Origin: an uncultured Nitrospinota bacterium
GTDB lineage: Bacteria > Tectomicrobia > Entotheonellia > J063 > CAVPRW01
Assembly (NCBI GenBank): GCA_963707985.1
Contig: CAVPRW010000024.1
Location: forward strand, 180,227-244,226
Direction: 5' to 3'
Length of the DNA stretch: 64,000 nt
Shown: positions 20,545-31,096 of the stretch, in pieces
How positions within the stretch are numbered: position 1 is the stretch's first letter
Layout: every line of letters starts with the position of its first letter
Program-made: the position numbers and the translations under genes
Notes under the pieces: model-generated
The model's input: the letters and a program-made list of their open reading frames with translations, nothing else
Told to the model about the DNA's origin: nothing
The model's database searches: none

Positions 20545-21990
20545 ATGTTCATCGAGACGGGTGACCAGTATCGACAAAGCCTTGTCGGTCGGAACCTCGA
20601 AATCTATGCCGGAGGTGAGCGGATCAGCGAGGTCACCACACACCCGCTCACCATCCCCGGCGTCAACGCCATCGCCCTGCTCTATGACCTAGCGCAGGAG
20701 CCCGAACTTGACGCGCTCATGCATGCGCACTCGCATGTCACGGGGGACAGGATCCATCGCTACTGCCACCTGCCCCAGAACAGCGATGATCTGCTCAAGA
20801 AAATCCAGGCCTCACGCAAAGCGGCCGAGATCTCGCCGATCAGCGGCCTGGCCTCTTGGGGTGTCGATCTGTTGAGTGCCCTGTCGATTGTCACCCACAC
20901 GATGCAGCACGACCTCAGTACACCATACTACGACCGTTTCCTGCAGTATCTTCGCCAATACCAGGCGCACAACCTCTGGAGCGCCGTCGGCGTGACCGAT
21001 GTCAAAGGTGATCGCCACCTGCGGCCGTCGGAGCAGGAAGATCCGGATCTCTACGTCCACGTGGTCGAGCACACCGATGCTGGGATCGTCGTGCGGGGCG
21101 CCAAAGCCCATACGACCGGCGCACCTGTGGCCCACGAGATGATCGTCATCCCGACCCGAGCACTCCGCGCCAGCGACCAGGACTATGCTGTAGCTTTCGC
21201 CGTCTCTCCCGAGACGCCAGGTGTGAAAATGATCTGCCGCACCGGCTCATTGGCTCAGGAGGAGAGTCTTGACGCACCGATGAGTGGCCGGTTTTCGCTC
21301 GTAGAGACGCTCACCATTTTCGAGGATGTCTTCATCCCCTGGGAGCGCGTGTTCATGTGCGGCGAATGGGCCTACGCGGGGCCACTGGTGGAGTTATTCG
21401 CCACCTACCATCGCCACACCTACGCCGGAGCCAAGGCTGCCATGCTCGATCTACTCATCGGTGCCGCGGCCCTCGCCGCCGAATATAATGGTGTAGCCGA
21501 GGCGCGCCACATCCAAGACAAGCTAGCTGACCTGATGCAAGCCTCTGCGCTAATCTTTGCTGCAGGCGTGGCCGCCGCGCTCGAATCCACGACAGCTGGT
21601 CCAGGCACCGCGGTTCCCGATCCAGTGAAAACCAATGCTGGTAAGAATTTTTCCGGTGTGAAATTTTACGATGCCCTTCGGGTGGTACACGATATCGCTG
21701 GCGGGCTCATAGTCACCATGCCGGGGGAGGCCGACTATCAAAGCCCGATCACGCGACCATATCTGGAGAAATATTTCAAAGGTGCTAAGGGGATTCCAAC
21801 CCTGGATCGCCTCAAGTTGTTCAAGTTCATCCGCGACCTCACGGCCTCAGACCTCGGCGGCATGTGGATGGTCGAGAGCTTGCACGGCGGAGGTTCCCTG
21901 GAGGCGGAGAAGATCGCCATACGGGCCCATTATCCACTCGATCAGGCCAAGGGGATGGTACGGGCGCTAGCGCGTTTGACGTCGGGTTAA
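20545..21990 (+). CDS. 4-hydroxyphenylacetate 3-hydroxylase / 4-hydroxybutyryl-CoA dehydratase family flavoprotein
   Basis: TDVKGDR, DPDLYVHVVE, VRGAKAHTTG, FEDVFIPWERVF, DIAGG, ESLHGGGS. Confidence 0.88.
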   Translation: MFIETGDQYRQSLVGRNLEIYAGGERISEVTTHPLTIPGVNAIALLYDLAQEPELDALMHAHSHVTGDRIHRYCHLPQNSDDLLKKIQASRKAAEISPISGLASWGVDLLSALSIVTHTMQHDLSTPYYDRFLQYLRQYQAHNLWSAVGVTDVKGDRHLRPSEQEDPDLYVHVVEHTDAGIVVRGAKAHTTGAPVAHEMIVIPTRALRASDQDYAVAFAVSPETPGVKMICRTGSLAQEESLDAPMSGRFSLVETLTIFEDVFIPWERVFMCGEWAYAGPLVELFATYHRHTYAGAKAAMLDLLIGAAALAAEYNGVAEARHIQDKLADLMQASALIFAAGVAAALESTTAGPGTAVPDPVKTNAGKNFSGVKFYDALRVVHDIAGGLIVTMPGEADYQSPITRPYLEKYFKGAKGIPTLDRLKLFKFIRDLTASDLGGMWMVESLHGGGSLEAEKIAIRAHYPLDQAKGMVRALARLTSG

Positions 21991-22096
21991 AAGGTGATTG
22001 ACAGCGCCAGGCAGCTTTGGTAGTGTCGCACCCAAGCCTTGTGCCGAGCGCAAGAGGCCGAGCAGAGACATCCCGCAGCCCAAAAAGGAGACCATC

Positions 22097-22510
22097 ATGG
22101 CGAAGATCAAGCATATCGCCCTGTCGACCCAGGATCCCGAAAAGACCGCAGCCTTCTACAAAGAGACCCTTGGCTTGGAAGAAGTGGGGAAAGTGGATAG
22201 TCCTCTGGCTGAGGGCTATTATCTCACCGACGGCTCAATCAATGTCGCTATTCTCAAATTCAAGAACGACCAAGCCGCCGACAAGCCGGAAGGGGTCAAC
22301 TTCGTCGGGCTGCACCATTTCGGGTTCAAGGTGGAAGATCTGGAAGCGACCGAGGCACGCCTGCAAGCGGCTCAGGCCGACAAACGCCCGCAAATAAATA
22401 TGTCGACGACGCAAGCTGGGCATCGCAATTACGAGGTAAAGTATCGCGGACCAGACGGCGTAATCTTTGACATTTCCAGCACCGGATGGGTGGGGACTTC
22501 GGACGACTAG
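22097..22510 (+). CDS. VOC/glyoxalase family protein
   Basis: MAKIKHIAL..DPEKTAAFY, GLHHFGF, GPDGVIFDIS; AAGGAG RBS; upstream TTGACA-17-TAGTGT. Confidence 0.9.
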   Translation: MAKIKHIALSTQDPEKTAAFYKETLGLEEVGKVDSPLAEGYYLTDGSINVAILKFKNDQAADKPEGVNFVGLHHFGFKVEDLEATEARLQAAQADKRPQINMSTTQAGHRNYEVKYRGPDGVIFDISSTGWVGTSDD

Positions 22511-23244
22511 GGTCCAATTAAGCTGTCTATTTCCCACGTTCTTGATCGATGACCATGTCGCACCGCCGTAGTCTGACACACCGCTATGGCGGTGTCCCCC
22601 ATCCCGCTCCAACATCGCCCTCCAAGACGTTTTAGCGCTGCGTATGCACGGTTCGTCAGAGCCGACCCTGAGTTCTCCGACAGTCCGATCATTCTGAGCC
22701 CTGCAAAGCGGTTTGACATCGACCACTCGGCGTGGCTCGTCCACCATGCTTGAGGTACTTGGCTGCTGCTGACCACCAGTGTGCGGCTCCTTCGAACCCA
22801 TCCTCCGATTGCCCCCGATGACTGTATTGAGACCACGATTGAGCAGTTCGAGACCGAGATCATCCAACGCGTACGTCAAGAGCTAGTGGCGTGATCTGTT
22901 GGCGCACCATGCCTGGACATCTGAACCTGTTGTTGTCCATCAATCGTGCGGTCACGCAGATAGGTCGCCAACGCGCGATCGAAATAGGGCAGCAGCTTCG
23001 GACAGGTGATTGACAGTTATCCTCACCTTTCACATCAGCAAATTGCTATAGCATTATCGCTTGCGGCGGAAAGTTGAGGCGACACTGCTCGTCTTCGCCT
23101 CGCTATCCCTCTGCCCGGTCTGCTACCGGACTCAAGATTTGACTTATGATGCCGACATTTCTTCACCGCAGGGTGTTCAGTACGGCGATGCCCTTTGGCC
23201 ACAGCTGGCAAGGGGTGATGATATACACAGCTCTAGGAGAACAC

Positions 23245-23457
23245 ATGAAACAGATTTTGAAACGATGGGGCGGGATCGGTCTTATGGCAGTCTCAGTGCT
23301 GACGGTAGGAGGAGTGTTCACGCTGCAGCCAAATACCAACCTCGCCTTATCCGCCTCCCTACACCAGGTCTTGATTGCGGATGGAGGCGGGGACAGACCA
23401 GCCCCGCCTCCCCCATGTCCCAAGGGCAAATGTTGGAGCGAACAGGCGACGAGCTAA
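23245..23457 (+). CDS. Small exported peptide (70 aa) with Gly/Pro/Cys C-terminal motif
   Basis: AGGAG RBS; basic N-terminus plus hydrophobic stretch; ends IADGGGDRPAPPPPCPKGKCWSEQATS. Confidence 0.6.
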   Translation: MKQILKRWGGIGLMAVSVLTVGGVFTLQPNTNLALSASLHQVLIADGGGDRPAPPPPCPKGKCWSEQATS

Positions 23458-23805
23458 CAATACCCACACATGGGCTGATGGTGGCTGGTATGGCCACCGT
23501 CAGCTTCTCCTCCCGAGCTAACCTCACAAGCTTCGTTCGTTTGACTTCCTAGCCTCCTCGTCGCACTCCCTGCTCCGTACGTCCCAGTCGCACGCTAACA
23601 GAACATAAGTAAATCGGGGCTGATGCGACATCCGAGTGGACGACTTCCTTCGCAAGCCGTACTTCATCACAACAGAGCTGAGTCGGTTGAGCATCCAGCA
23701 TGGCGCGACCGGAGCGTTAGAAATCTGGTCAATCACCTGTATCCACGAACGTCAATGCGGTGCTTTCCATGCCTCAGCCCCTTGAGCAGGGGACGTACCC
23801 TTACG

Positions 23806-24351
23806 CTACACTCCACGATTCGGGTCTGCTGCCGTGGTGAACTCGTTGGACTTACCCCGCGGGATGCTGAGTGATTGCCAGGCGCTCGAGCGGAAATGCT
23901 TCGCCAGGAAGACGATCTGGCCGACGTGGTAAGCGTAATGTGTGAGCTGGCGATTGATCGCTTCGAGCACCGAGAGCGGCTTTCCACGAATATGCATGGT
24001 CGTGGTCATATCTTCTGGGGCGAGGCGCTCGATCGCGCTGAAAAGATACCGCCACCCCGCCTCCCAGCGTTCGATGAGTAACTCTTTGCTATCCGCCTCG
24101 GCTACCATGAACTCGCTGTCTCGATCGCGGTCTTGGGCGTCCTCAGCCGTACGAGGAAAACCCGCCCACCGCGTCCGCATGCTCCCCGCCAGGTGTTTCA
24201 GGAGCACGGCGATGCTGTTCGCTTCTCCGTCGGGCATGGTGAACAGGTCGTGATCGTCGGTTTGCGCCAGAGCCCCGTCAGCCAGAACCTTCAGACTCTG
24301 GAACTGGCGTATTGCATCATGTAGATAATGCGCTGCGAGCCCCTCTGACAT
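23806..24351 (-). CDS. DinB superfamily / DUF1572 protein
   Basis: NSIAVLLKHLAG, RDRDSEF, HYAYHVGQIV, WQSLSIPRGKS. Confidence 0.88.
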   Translation of the reverse strand: MSEGLAAHYLHDAIRQFQSLKVLADGALAQTDDHDLFTMPDGEANSIAVLLKHLAGSMRTRWAGFPRTAEDAQDRDRDSEFMVAEADSKELLIERWEAGWRYLFSAIERLAPEDMTTTMHIRGKPLSVLEAINRQLTHYAYHVGQIVFLAKHFRSSAWQSLSIPRGKSNEFTTAADPNRGV

Positions 24352-24381
24352 CCACCACCTCCCACACATCTCATCCCACAC

Positions 24382-24741
24382 TATCCAGGCTCACCCCAGA
24401 TCTCAACCGCTAGCCCCAGGATGCGGGTAAATTCGCGAACATTGGTGGTGACCATCGTGAGGCCATGGCCAATACAGGTGGCCACCAGCCATATGTGCTA
24501 GTGCTTCCTGTGGAGCCGTGAGGTCGGCGACGACCTGTGTGGCTTCCCTCTCGGAGAGATAGGGCAGTGGCGCCAGGAGGGCAGGCAGTTCTGCCAGGCG
24601 TTTCCCCACAGGCAGGAGCCCGGGCTCGGCAATGAGCTTGTTACCACACGTGAGCATGAAACACTCACCACGGTGGGCAACGCGGTTGATGTACTCCGCG
24701 AAGTGGCCAGCGACCTCGGTGACCGAAAGTGACTGCGACAC
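24382..24741 (-). pseudogene. Collapsed toxin-antitoxin pair: Phd-like antitoxin plus C-terminal fragment of VapC/PIN toxin
   Basis: SVTEVAGHFAEYINRVAHRGE antitoxin start; alternate frame IWLVATCIGHGLTMVTTNVREFTRILGLAVEIW matches a PIN C-terminus. Confidence 0.7.
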
Positions 24742-24861
24742 CTGCTGTCCTCCGTGTAAAAGCTGAGGATCATATTATCTGATGTCACACCGAAATTCCA
24801 CCGGCGTACGTCTCCAACCTCGAATTTGAAGCGAGTGGTGCCGCATGCCATCCCCCTATCC

Positions 24862-25428
24862 TCACGGTACGTGGGCGAGAAAGTGGGCAAGATCGAGGAT
24901 GTCGGCGTCGGTTACTCCATACAGCACATCCGCCATCGCCGCATCGTAGCCGCGTCGCGCATTGCTCTTATACTCACGCAGCGCCTTGACGAGGTAGTCT
25001 TCACGTTGGCCGGCCAGACGGGGCACGTTGTGTTCCCCAGAAAAGTCCTGGTTATGACAGAAATTGCACCTGTGCTGCTGGATCAGTACCCGCGCTCGCT
25101 CGATCCGCGGGGGTTCTAGCGGTTCAGGCGCAGGCAGCGGTGGCGGCAGCTGTGAGATGAACTCCGCCATGCGGCGCACCTCCTCGTCGCTGAGGCCCTT
25201 GGTCGCTTCGTTCATCACCTCGACGACACGCATCCTTTCGCGGAACATGTACAGTTGAATCGTCACATAGAACGCCGGCTGAGCTCCGAGCGACGGCACC
25301 TCTGGGGTTGCCGATTGCCCCCGCGCACCATGACAGGCGAGGCAGGGAACCAGGCGTTCCTCGAGTGTCGCCGCTGCAACCGGTAGCGCCATTAGCCAGA
25401 CCAGCACAGCCGCTACGAAGCTGCGCAT
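24862..25428 (-). CDS. Di-heme c-type cytochrome (c4/c553-like)
   Basis: Signal peptide; CLACH and CNFCH; PRLAGQREDYL. Confidence 0.92.
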   Translation of the reverse strand: MRSFVAAVLVWLMALPVAAATLEERLVPCLACHGARGQSATPEVPSLGAQPAFYVTIQLYMFRERMRVVEVMNEATKGLSDEEVRRMAEFISQLPPPLPAPEPLEPPRIERARVLIQQHRCNFCHNQDFSGEHNVPRLAGQREDYLVKALREYKSNARRGYDAAMADVLYGVTDADILDLAHFLAHVP

Positions 25429-25504
25429 AGCGCCCCCCTCTGATTGAATCGCTTGGGAGCATGAGCAGTCGAGGGCGGACGCACGCCCTCGACCTGATTC
25501 TAGA

Positions 25505-26839
25505 TCAACGCTTGGCAACACGCTCCGCGCTGTAGGTGACGCGGTAGACCGCGCCCGCGTAGTCGTCCGAGACCAGGAGCGAGCCGTCCTTCATGACCTG
25601 CACGTCGACTGGTCGCCCAATATAGGCGTTGTTCTGGAGGAAGCCGGTGAGGAATGGCTCGACCGACTTCACGGTGCCGTTTGGGTTGAGCTTTGCGACC
25701 ACGACGTCGCCGCCGATCTTTTTCGTCTTATTCCAGGAGCCGTGCCGTGCGATGAAGATGGCATTGCGGTATTCAGCAGGGAACATGCGGCCGGTGTAGA
25801 AGCGCATGCCGAGCGCTGCACTATGCGGGCCCAGCAAGGCGACCGGCTTGACGAACTCATCGCACGAGCGGCCCCAGCCGACCTCGCGGTCCGTGAAGTT
25901 CCCCTGGTGACAGTAGGGGAAGCCGAAATGCTGGCCGACTTTGGTGACGCGGTTGAGCTCGTCCTCGGGCAGGTCCTCCGACAGCCAGTCGCGCCCATTG
26001 TCAGTAAAGTAGAGCTCCTTCGTCACCGGGTGCCAGTCGAAGCCGACCGAGTTGCGCACGCCGCGTGCGGCCACTTCAGCGCCGCTGCCATCGAGGTTGA
26101 TGCGCCGGATCTGGCCGTTTTCCTCAGGCGGGATGCAGATATTACATGGCGAGCCGACGTTGATATAGAGCTTGCGGTCCGGGCCGATGGCGACGAACTT
26201 CCAGCCGTGCGATTGATGATTGGGCAGGTCGTCGTAGATGACGACAAGCGGTGGCGGGTTGTCGAGGTTGTCCTCGATCTTTTCGAGCTTCGAGATCTTG
26301 GTACCCTCGGCGATGTACAGTGTGCCGTTGTCGAAGGCGAGCCCGTTCGGCCGGTCCAGCCCAGAGGCGATGACCTTCACTTGGCGTTTGCCGTTCTGAT
26401 CGGTAATGGCATAGACCTTGTCGAGCACACGGTTACTGACAAACACGGTCCCCTTGTCACCGAGCCGCAGCGAGCGCGCATTGGCGATGCCACTGGCGTA
26501 GACCTCGATTTTAAAGCCCTTGGGCAGCCTGAGTTGGGGGATCGGCAGCTGGTCCGGCGGTGCCGGAAATGGCGGCGGCGTGACGACGCGTAGCTGGCTC
26601 GCCACGTCGGCATTGGGAATGTCGGGACGCCCGGGCACCGTGGTGGGTTGCGGCTGCATGCTAGGTGCCGGGGTAACCCCACGCGGTGCTTCAGGCGGTT
26701 GCGATGCGGCAGGAGGTGAGGCAGGTTGACTCGACGATTGCTCTGGCATCTGCTGAGCGAACGCCAGCGTCGCTACAAGCGAGGTCCCAAGGATTCCGGT
26801 GATCAAGAGGCTGCGCAGAATCAAAGAGCGTGCAGTCAT
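25505..26839 (-). CDS. PQQ-dependent sugar/sorbosone dehydrogenase
   Basis: Signal peptide and Pro-rich linker; LPKGFKIEVYA, GSPCNIC, GVRNSVGFDWHP, GRPVDV, LLVSDD. Confidence 0.92.
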   Translation of the reverse strand: MTARSLILRSLLITGILGTSLVATLAFAQQMPEQSSSQPASPPAASQPPEAPRGVTPAPSMQPQPTTVPGRPDIPNADVASQLRVVTPPPFPAPPDQLPIPQLRLPKGFKIEVYASGIANARSLRLGDKGTVFVSNRVLDKVYAITDQNGKRQVKVIASGLDRPNGLAFDNGTLYIAEGTKISKLEKIEDNLDNPPPLVVIYDDLPNHQSHGWKFVAIGPDRKLYINVGSPCNICIPPEENGQIRRINLDGSGAEVAARGVRNSVGFDWHPVTKELYFTDNGRDWLSEDLPEDELNRVTKVGQHFGFPYCHQGNFTDREVGWGRSCDEFVKPVALLGPHSAALGMRFYTGRMFPAEYRNAIFIARHGSWNKTKKIGGDVVVAKLNPNGTVKSVEPFLTGFLQNNAYIGRPVDVQVMKDGSLLVSDDYAGAVYRVTYSAERVAKR

Positions 26840-27149
26840 GACAGTCCTCCCCCATGTGATCTTCGATCTAGGGCTCGATTCCGGACAATGTGCCAAGAAC
26901 GTTGCGCAGTCAGACCTCCTCTGCCAGATAAGCAGATTAGTACTATCACTTTTCTGGCTATTTCACCATAGGCAAAGCAATCCAGGCGGGATGTCTAGCA
27001 CTCTGATCAACGGTTCACGGCCGTATGCGTCTATCCATGACCGGACCTTACGATTGAGGAGAATTCCTCCGCAGCGTGGTTCGTGATCAGATGTGACGTG
27101 GTATACTGCGTTGGCACGGCGAGGGGCACAAAAGAGAGGAGGGCAAACC

Positions 27150-28497
27150 GTGAAGCGCCGAGAAGAGCTGCGACAGCATCTGCATCTGGTTTTCCAGGCT
27201 GCCCTGCAAGCGGTCGACCCCGGTAAAGCTATTCGCACGCACGTGCAGCGTGAGGGGAATCAGCTCCGTGTCGCCGACTGCGCCTATGATCTCAACCAGT
27301 ATGACGCCCTCTATCTCATTGGCATGGGCAAAGCCGGGGCGGCGATGGCGATCGCTGTCGAGACGATGCTTGGCGATCGTCTGCACGGCGGTCATGTCAT
27401 CGTCAAATACGGCCATGGAGGACCACTCGCGCACGCGACCCTGCATGAGGCGGATCACCCCATTCCCGACGAGGCTGGTGTGAGAGCCACCCGTACCTTG
27501 CTCGACTTCGTGGATGGGCCTCGGGCAGCGGGAACTGGTGATCTGTCTGATCTCAGGTGGTGGCTCGGCGCTGTCCCCAGCGCCTGTCGAGGGTATCACT
27601 TTGGCCGAGAAGCAAGAGGTCACACGCCTGCTTCTGGCCTGCGGTGCCACCATCCATGAGATCAACGCCGTGCGTAAGCATATCTCCCAAATTAAGGGAG
27701 GTCAACTGGCGCGCCTGGCCTCTCCGGCCACGCTGATCACGCTCGTGCTGTCCGATGTCGTGGGCGACTCGCTCGACGTCATCGCCTCCGGGCCCACCGT
27801 TCCCGACACCAGCACCTTTGCCGATTGCCTGGAGATTCTCCGCAAGTATCGCTTGTCCGACACCGTACCGGTGGCCATTCGTCGCCACCTGGAAGCTGGC
27901 GTAGCGGGTGCTGTTCCGGAAACCCCGAAGCCTGGTGATCCCGTGTTTTCCCGCACCCAAACCGTGATCATCGGACGCAACCTACAGGCGCTAGAAGCCG
28001 CGAGCCGCCAAGCCACAGCCCTGGGGTATCGGCCGCTAATCCTGTCGTCCGCCATTGAAGGGGAAACGCGCGAGGTCGCCAGGGTCCATGCGGGCATTGC
28101 CAAGGAGGTCCTGGCTTCGGGCCACCCGATCAGGCCGCCTGCCTGCATCCTTTCCGGCGGCGAAACGACCGTGACCCTACGCGGACAGGGGAAAGGTGGC
28201 CGTAATCAGGAATTCGCGCTGGCACTGGCGCTCGACATCGACCACATGCCAGGCATTGCCGCCTTGAGTGCTGGCACCGATGGCACCGACGGCCCCACAG
28301 ACGCGGCTGGCGCGTTTGCGGACTGGACAACCTGCGCACGGGCCGAGCAGCATGGCCTCCCCCCGCGTGAGGCGCTGGAGCATAACGATGCCTATCCATT
28401 CTTCGAGCGCCTCGGCGACCTACTCATCACCGGCCCCACTCAGACGAATGTCATGGATGTGCGAATCATCCTGATTACGGACGGGCTGTCCGTGTAG
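27150..28497 (+). CDS. Glycerate 2-kinase / hydroxypyruvate reductase (MOFRL), one frameshift near 27515
   Basis: GMGKAG, HPIPD, LISGGGSAL, IKGGQLA, GGETTV, GGRNQE, GTDGTDG, TNVMD. Confidence 0.93.
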
Positions 28498-28551
28498 GGC
28501 TGTAGTCGAGTGCTGACGGGCACCTATGTTGGCAGCCAGGCTCCCTGTGCC

Positions 28552-28890
28552 TTACCCGAGCTCATTGAGAAGCGAATGGACCACAGGGGTTGCCAACAGC
28601 ATCAGGAGTAACGCCAGGGTCTGCCCGCCGATAACGACGACGGCGATCTCACTATGCCGCCTATTAACCTTGAAGCTCAGCACCACCTGATCCTCGGCCG
28701 ATGTCCCAGTGACGACGGTGCCGCGTGCTACCCGATCCACGGCCGCCGGTATAACGGGTATGAGCCGCGGTGTGACGGCTTCATGCGCGGTTCCGAGTGG
28801 TGCTCCCGTGGCGGGATACTCACTTCCACAGCCGGTGGTGATGAATATGGCGAGGAGAATTACCAGGTACCCTACTATCCTGCTCCGCAT
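28552..28890 (-). pseudogene. Chimeric remnant of an RND efflux operon (adaptor N-terminus fused to permease C-terminus)
   Basis: Lipoprotein-like start and VVTGT..VVLSFKV adaptor motif joined to IAVVVIGGQTLALLLMLLATPVVHSLL (last TM of AcrB/CzcA-type permeases). Confidence 0.65.
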
Positions 28891-29210
28891 CGAGGGCTTC
28901 CCTCAGAGAGCGACCGCATGGCTGTATGGCATCTCATCATGCAACTAATCTCGTAAGTATTCACTCGCTTTAGAGGCATTACCAGGACTTGTCAAGACAG
29001 GTTGGCGACGTACCAGTATCGATCACCAGCCATTCCTTATGCGTTGCTAGCTGGAGGTGGGTCCGTCGTCCGGAGGGGAACAGTTCCAAGATAAGTCGGG
29101 GGACAAGGAAAAACGTGCGCGGAGCATATCGTGGATCGTAAGGACGGCAGGCGAGGTGCCACAACAACCATAGGGCGGCGATTCCACAGACGTGCGCCGC
29201 GGCTCCCAAG

Positions 29211-30197
29211 TTATTCGGCACTGAGCACGATACTGGTGCCGACGGTGTTCTGGACAAAGGCCTCAGGACGCTGCTGATAGACGGCATAAGCGGCTCGGTA
29301 GCCGGTGCAGTGGGCCGGGGCGATGACGGCGGGTTCTAATGCCACTAGAGCATCGACCACGCGTCGAATGCGATCATGGAAGAACGTTGGCCCCAAATGG
29401 AAGCCGCCGATCACCGCATGCACCTGCTGGATGCCGGTGATCGTCTGGGCGTGATGCACGGTGTTGACGATGCCGGCGTGCCCACAGCCCGACAACACTA
29501 CCAACCCCTTGCCTCTGACGTTGATCACCATCCCCTGGTCGTCGCAGATCAGCGGGTCAGGCTCCATGACGCCATGACGCTCGGCGTGATGGGCGGGCCA
29601 ACCGATCTCAAAGTCGTTGGTCCGCGCCACCTGACCGGTCACCAGGGCCATGCCCTCCACCACGAAGGACGGGCGCTCGGTCTCGATCAACTCAAGACCC
29701 GCATCGCGCAACCCCTGGCGGGACAGTGGTACCAGTCGGTTGACCTCGCCATCAGGAGCGATGACGGCACGCTTCAGGTAGGCATCAGGGTGCAGTGTCA
29801 GGGGAAAACTGAGGCGTCCCAACCGACGGTGCAAACCGACCAGGCCCAGGGTATGATCCCAGTGCCCGTGTGACAGCACGATACAGTTCCAATCTCGGGG
29901 ATTGAGCTCCAGACAATCGAGGTTATAGGCCAATCCATCCGGACTGCCACCAGCATCGAAGAGGATGGCTCGCGTGATACCCTGGCGTGTCACCCGCACG
30001 AGCATGGAAAGGCCATGGCCACCGACAAAAGGATTGCGTCGCTCCTCAGCCAGCAGTGTCGAGACGATCGTGTCGCCCGCCCTGGGTCTGAGACGTTCCA
30101 CCACGCCACCCCCTGGTGCCGTCTGGTCGACGAGATTTTCGTAGAGGGTGATGATTTCGACGCGGTCGACTGGGTCCAGCATGATCTGCTCGGTCAT
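29211..30197 (-). CDS. MBL-fold metallo-hydrolase (COG1237-like)
   Basis: HGLS, LFDAG, SHGHWDHTLG, SGCGHAG, GGFHL, PAHCTG. Confidence 0.9.
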   Translation of the reverse strand: MTEQIMLDPVDRVEIITLYENLVDQTAPGGGVVERLRPRAGDTIVSTLLAEERRNPFVGGHGLSMLVRVTRQGITRAILFDAGGSPDGLAYNLDCLELNPRDWNCIVLSHGHWDHTLGLVGLHRRLGRLSFPLTLHPDAYLKRAVIAPDGEVNRLVPLSRQGLRDAGLELIETERPSFVVEGMALVTGQVARTNDFEIGWPAHHAERHGVMEPDPLICDDQGMVINVRGKGLVVLSGCGHAGIVNTVHHAQTITGIQQVHAVIGGFHLGPTFFHDRIRRVVDALVALEPAVIAPAHCTGYRAAYAVYQQRPEAFVQNTVGTSIVLSAE

Positions 30198-30334
30198 AGC
30201 TTTGACCTCCCAAACACCTCCGCCACCGTCAACATGCCTGTGCTGCGCCTCCAACTCAGCCTAAGCCGCTTCAAGGCTGTGCGAATGGTCTCGCCACTGA
30301 TTTAGTGGTCGGTCATGCCTTGTACACACTGGTG

Positions 30335-30964
30335 TTAGATAAAGGACGACAAGGCGATCGCTCCCATCCCTCCCAAGACACCCACTGTTGCGAAATACCC
30401 TAGCGTCAGGAGGACCATCACGTATCCAGCTAACACCGCGTAACCATCGCGCTCCAAACTTCCCATGGCTAACAACAGCACACCATAGGCCGGCAACGTA
30501 TTGGAGAATGGGAGTGGTAAGGGAGCCGTCAGCAAGAGGCCTGAAAACCCCAGGAGCATAACATTCAAGCGGCCAATAGTGGCCCCATGGGTGAGAGGAA
30601 GGAGCCGCGGGCGAATCAGCCTCTCCAGACGCGCAAACAGCTGCACGCCTTTGGCTAACATGGGAACCAACTGGTGCTTGGTGATATGACGATTCATGAG
30701 ACGATTGGGCAGCCAGGGCGGCTTGTGCATCACGAGTCCCACCGCATTGAGCGCGATGAGTAAACCAAAGGGGGTGCTGGTGCCAGGAATTGACACCGGG
30801 AGGAGAAACGGAATCGTCAAGACCATGCAAAAAATGAGCAGGCCTCGCTCTCCCAACCACTCGAGGAGTGTCCGTAAGGTAAGGCCTTCGGCGGGCATCG
30901 CGCAGATAATCTCGGACAAGACGGCTGAGACGGGTTTCTCGACGGGTTGACTGGTTTGGACCAT
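30335..30964 (-). CDS. exoD: Exopolysaccharide synthesis ExoD family membrane protein
   Basis: LGERG, PFLLPVSIPG, PWLP, PLPFSNTLPA, LERDG. Confidence 0.88.
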   Translation of the reverse strand: MVQTSQPVEKPVSAVLSEIICAMPAEGLTLRTLLEWLGERGLLIFCMVLTIPFLLPVSIPGTSTPFGLLIALNAVGLVMHKPPWLPNRLMNRHITKHQLVPMLAKGVQLFARLERLIRPRLLPLTHGATIGRLNVMLLGFSGLLLTAPLPLPFSNTLPAYGVLLLAMGSLERDGYAVLAGYVMVLLTLGYFATVGVLGGMGAIALSSFI

Positions 30965-31096
30965 GGTTTCTCTGTTATCGGAGATATCCTGGCACTATGA
31001 GAAGCGCCGAAATCCCCGAAGAGTCCTGAGATGCCGGCGCTTATCGCGAACGCGTTATGGATACGGGGGTTGCCTGGACACAGGGCGGGCCCTGTG

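Noticed and set aside
22586..22894. Plus-strand frame with one in-frame TGA (22751) as possible selenoprotein
   Set aside because: No redox motif or evident SECIS. The tail (IEQFETEIIQRVRQE) looks more like a decayed LLM-type C-terminus, so probably a remnant.
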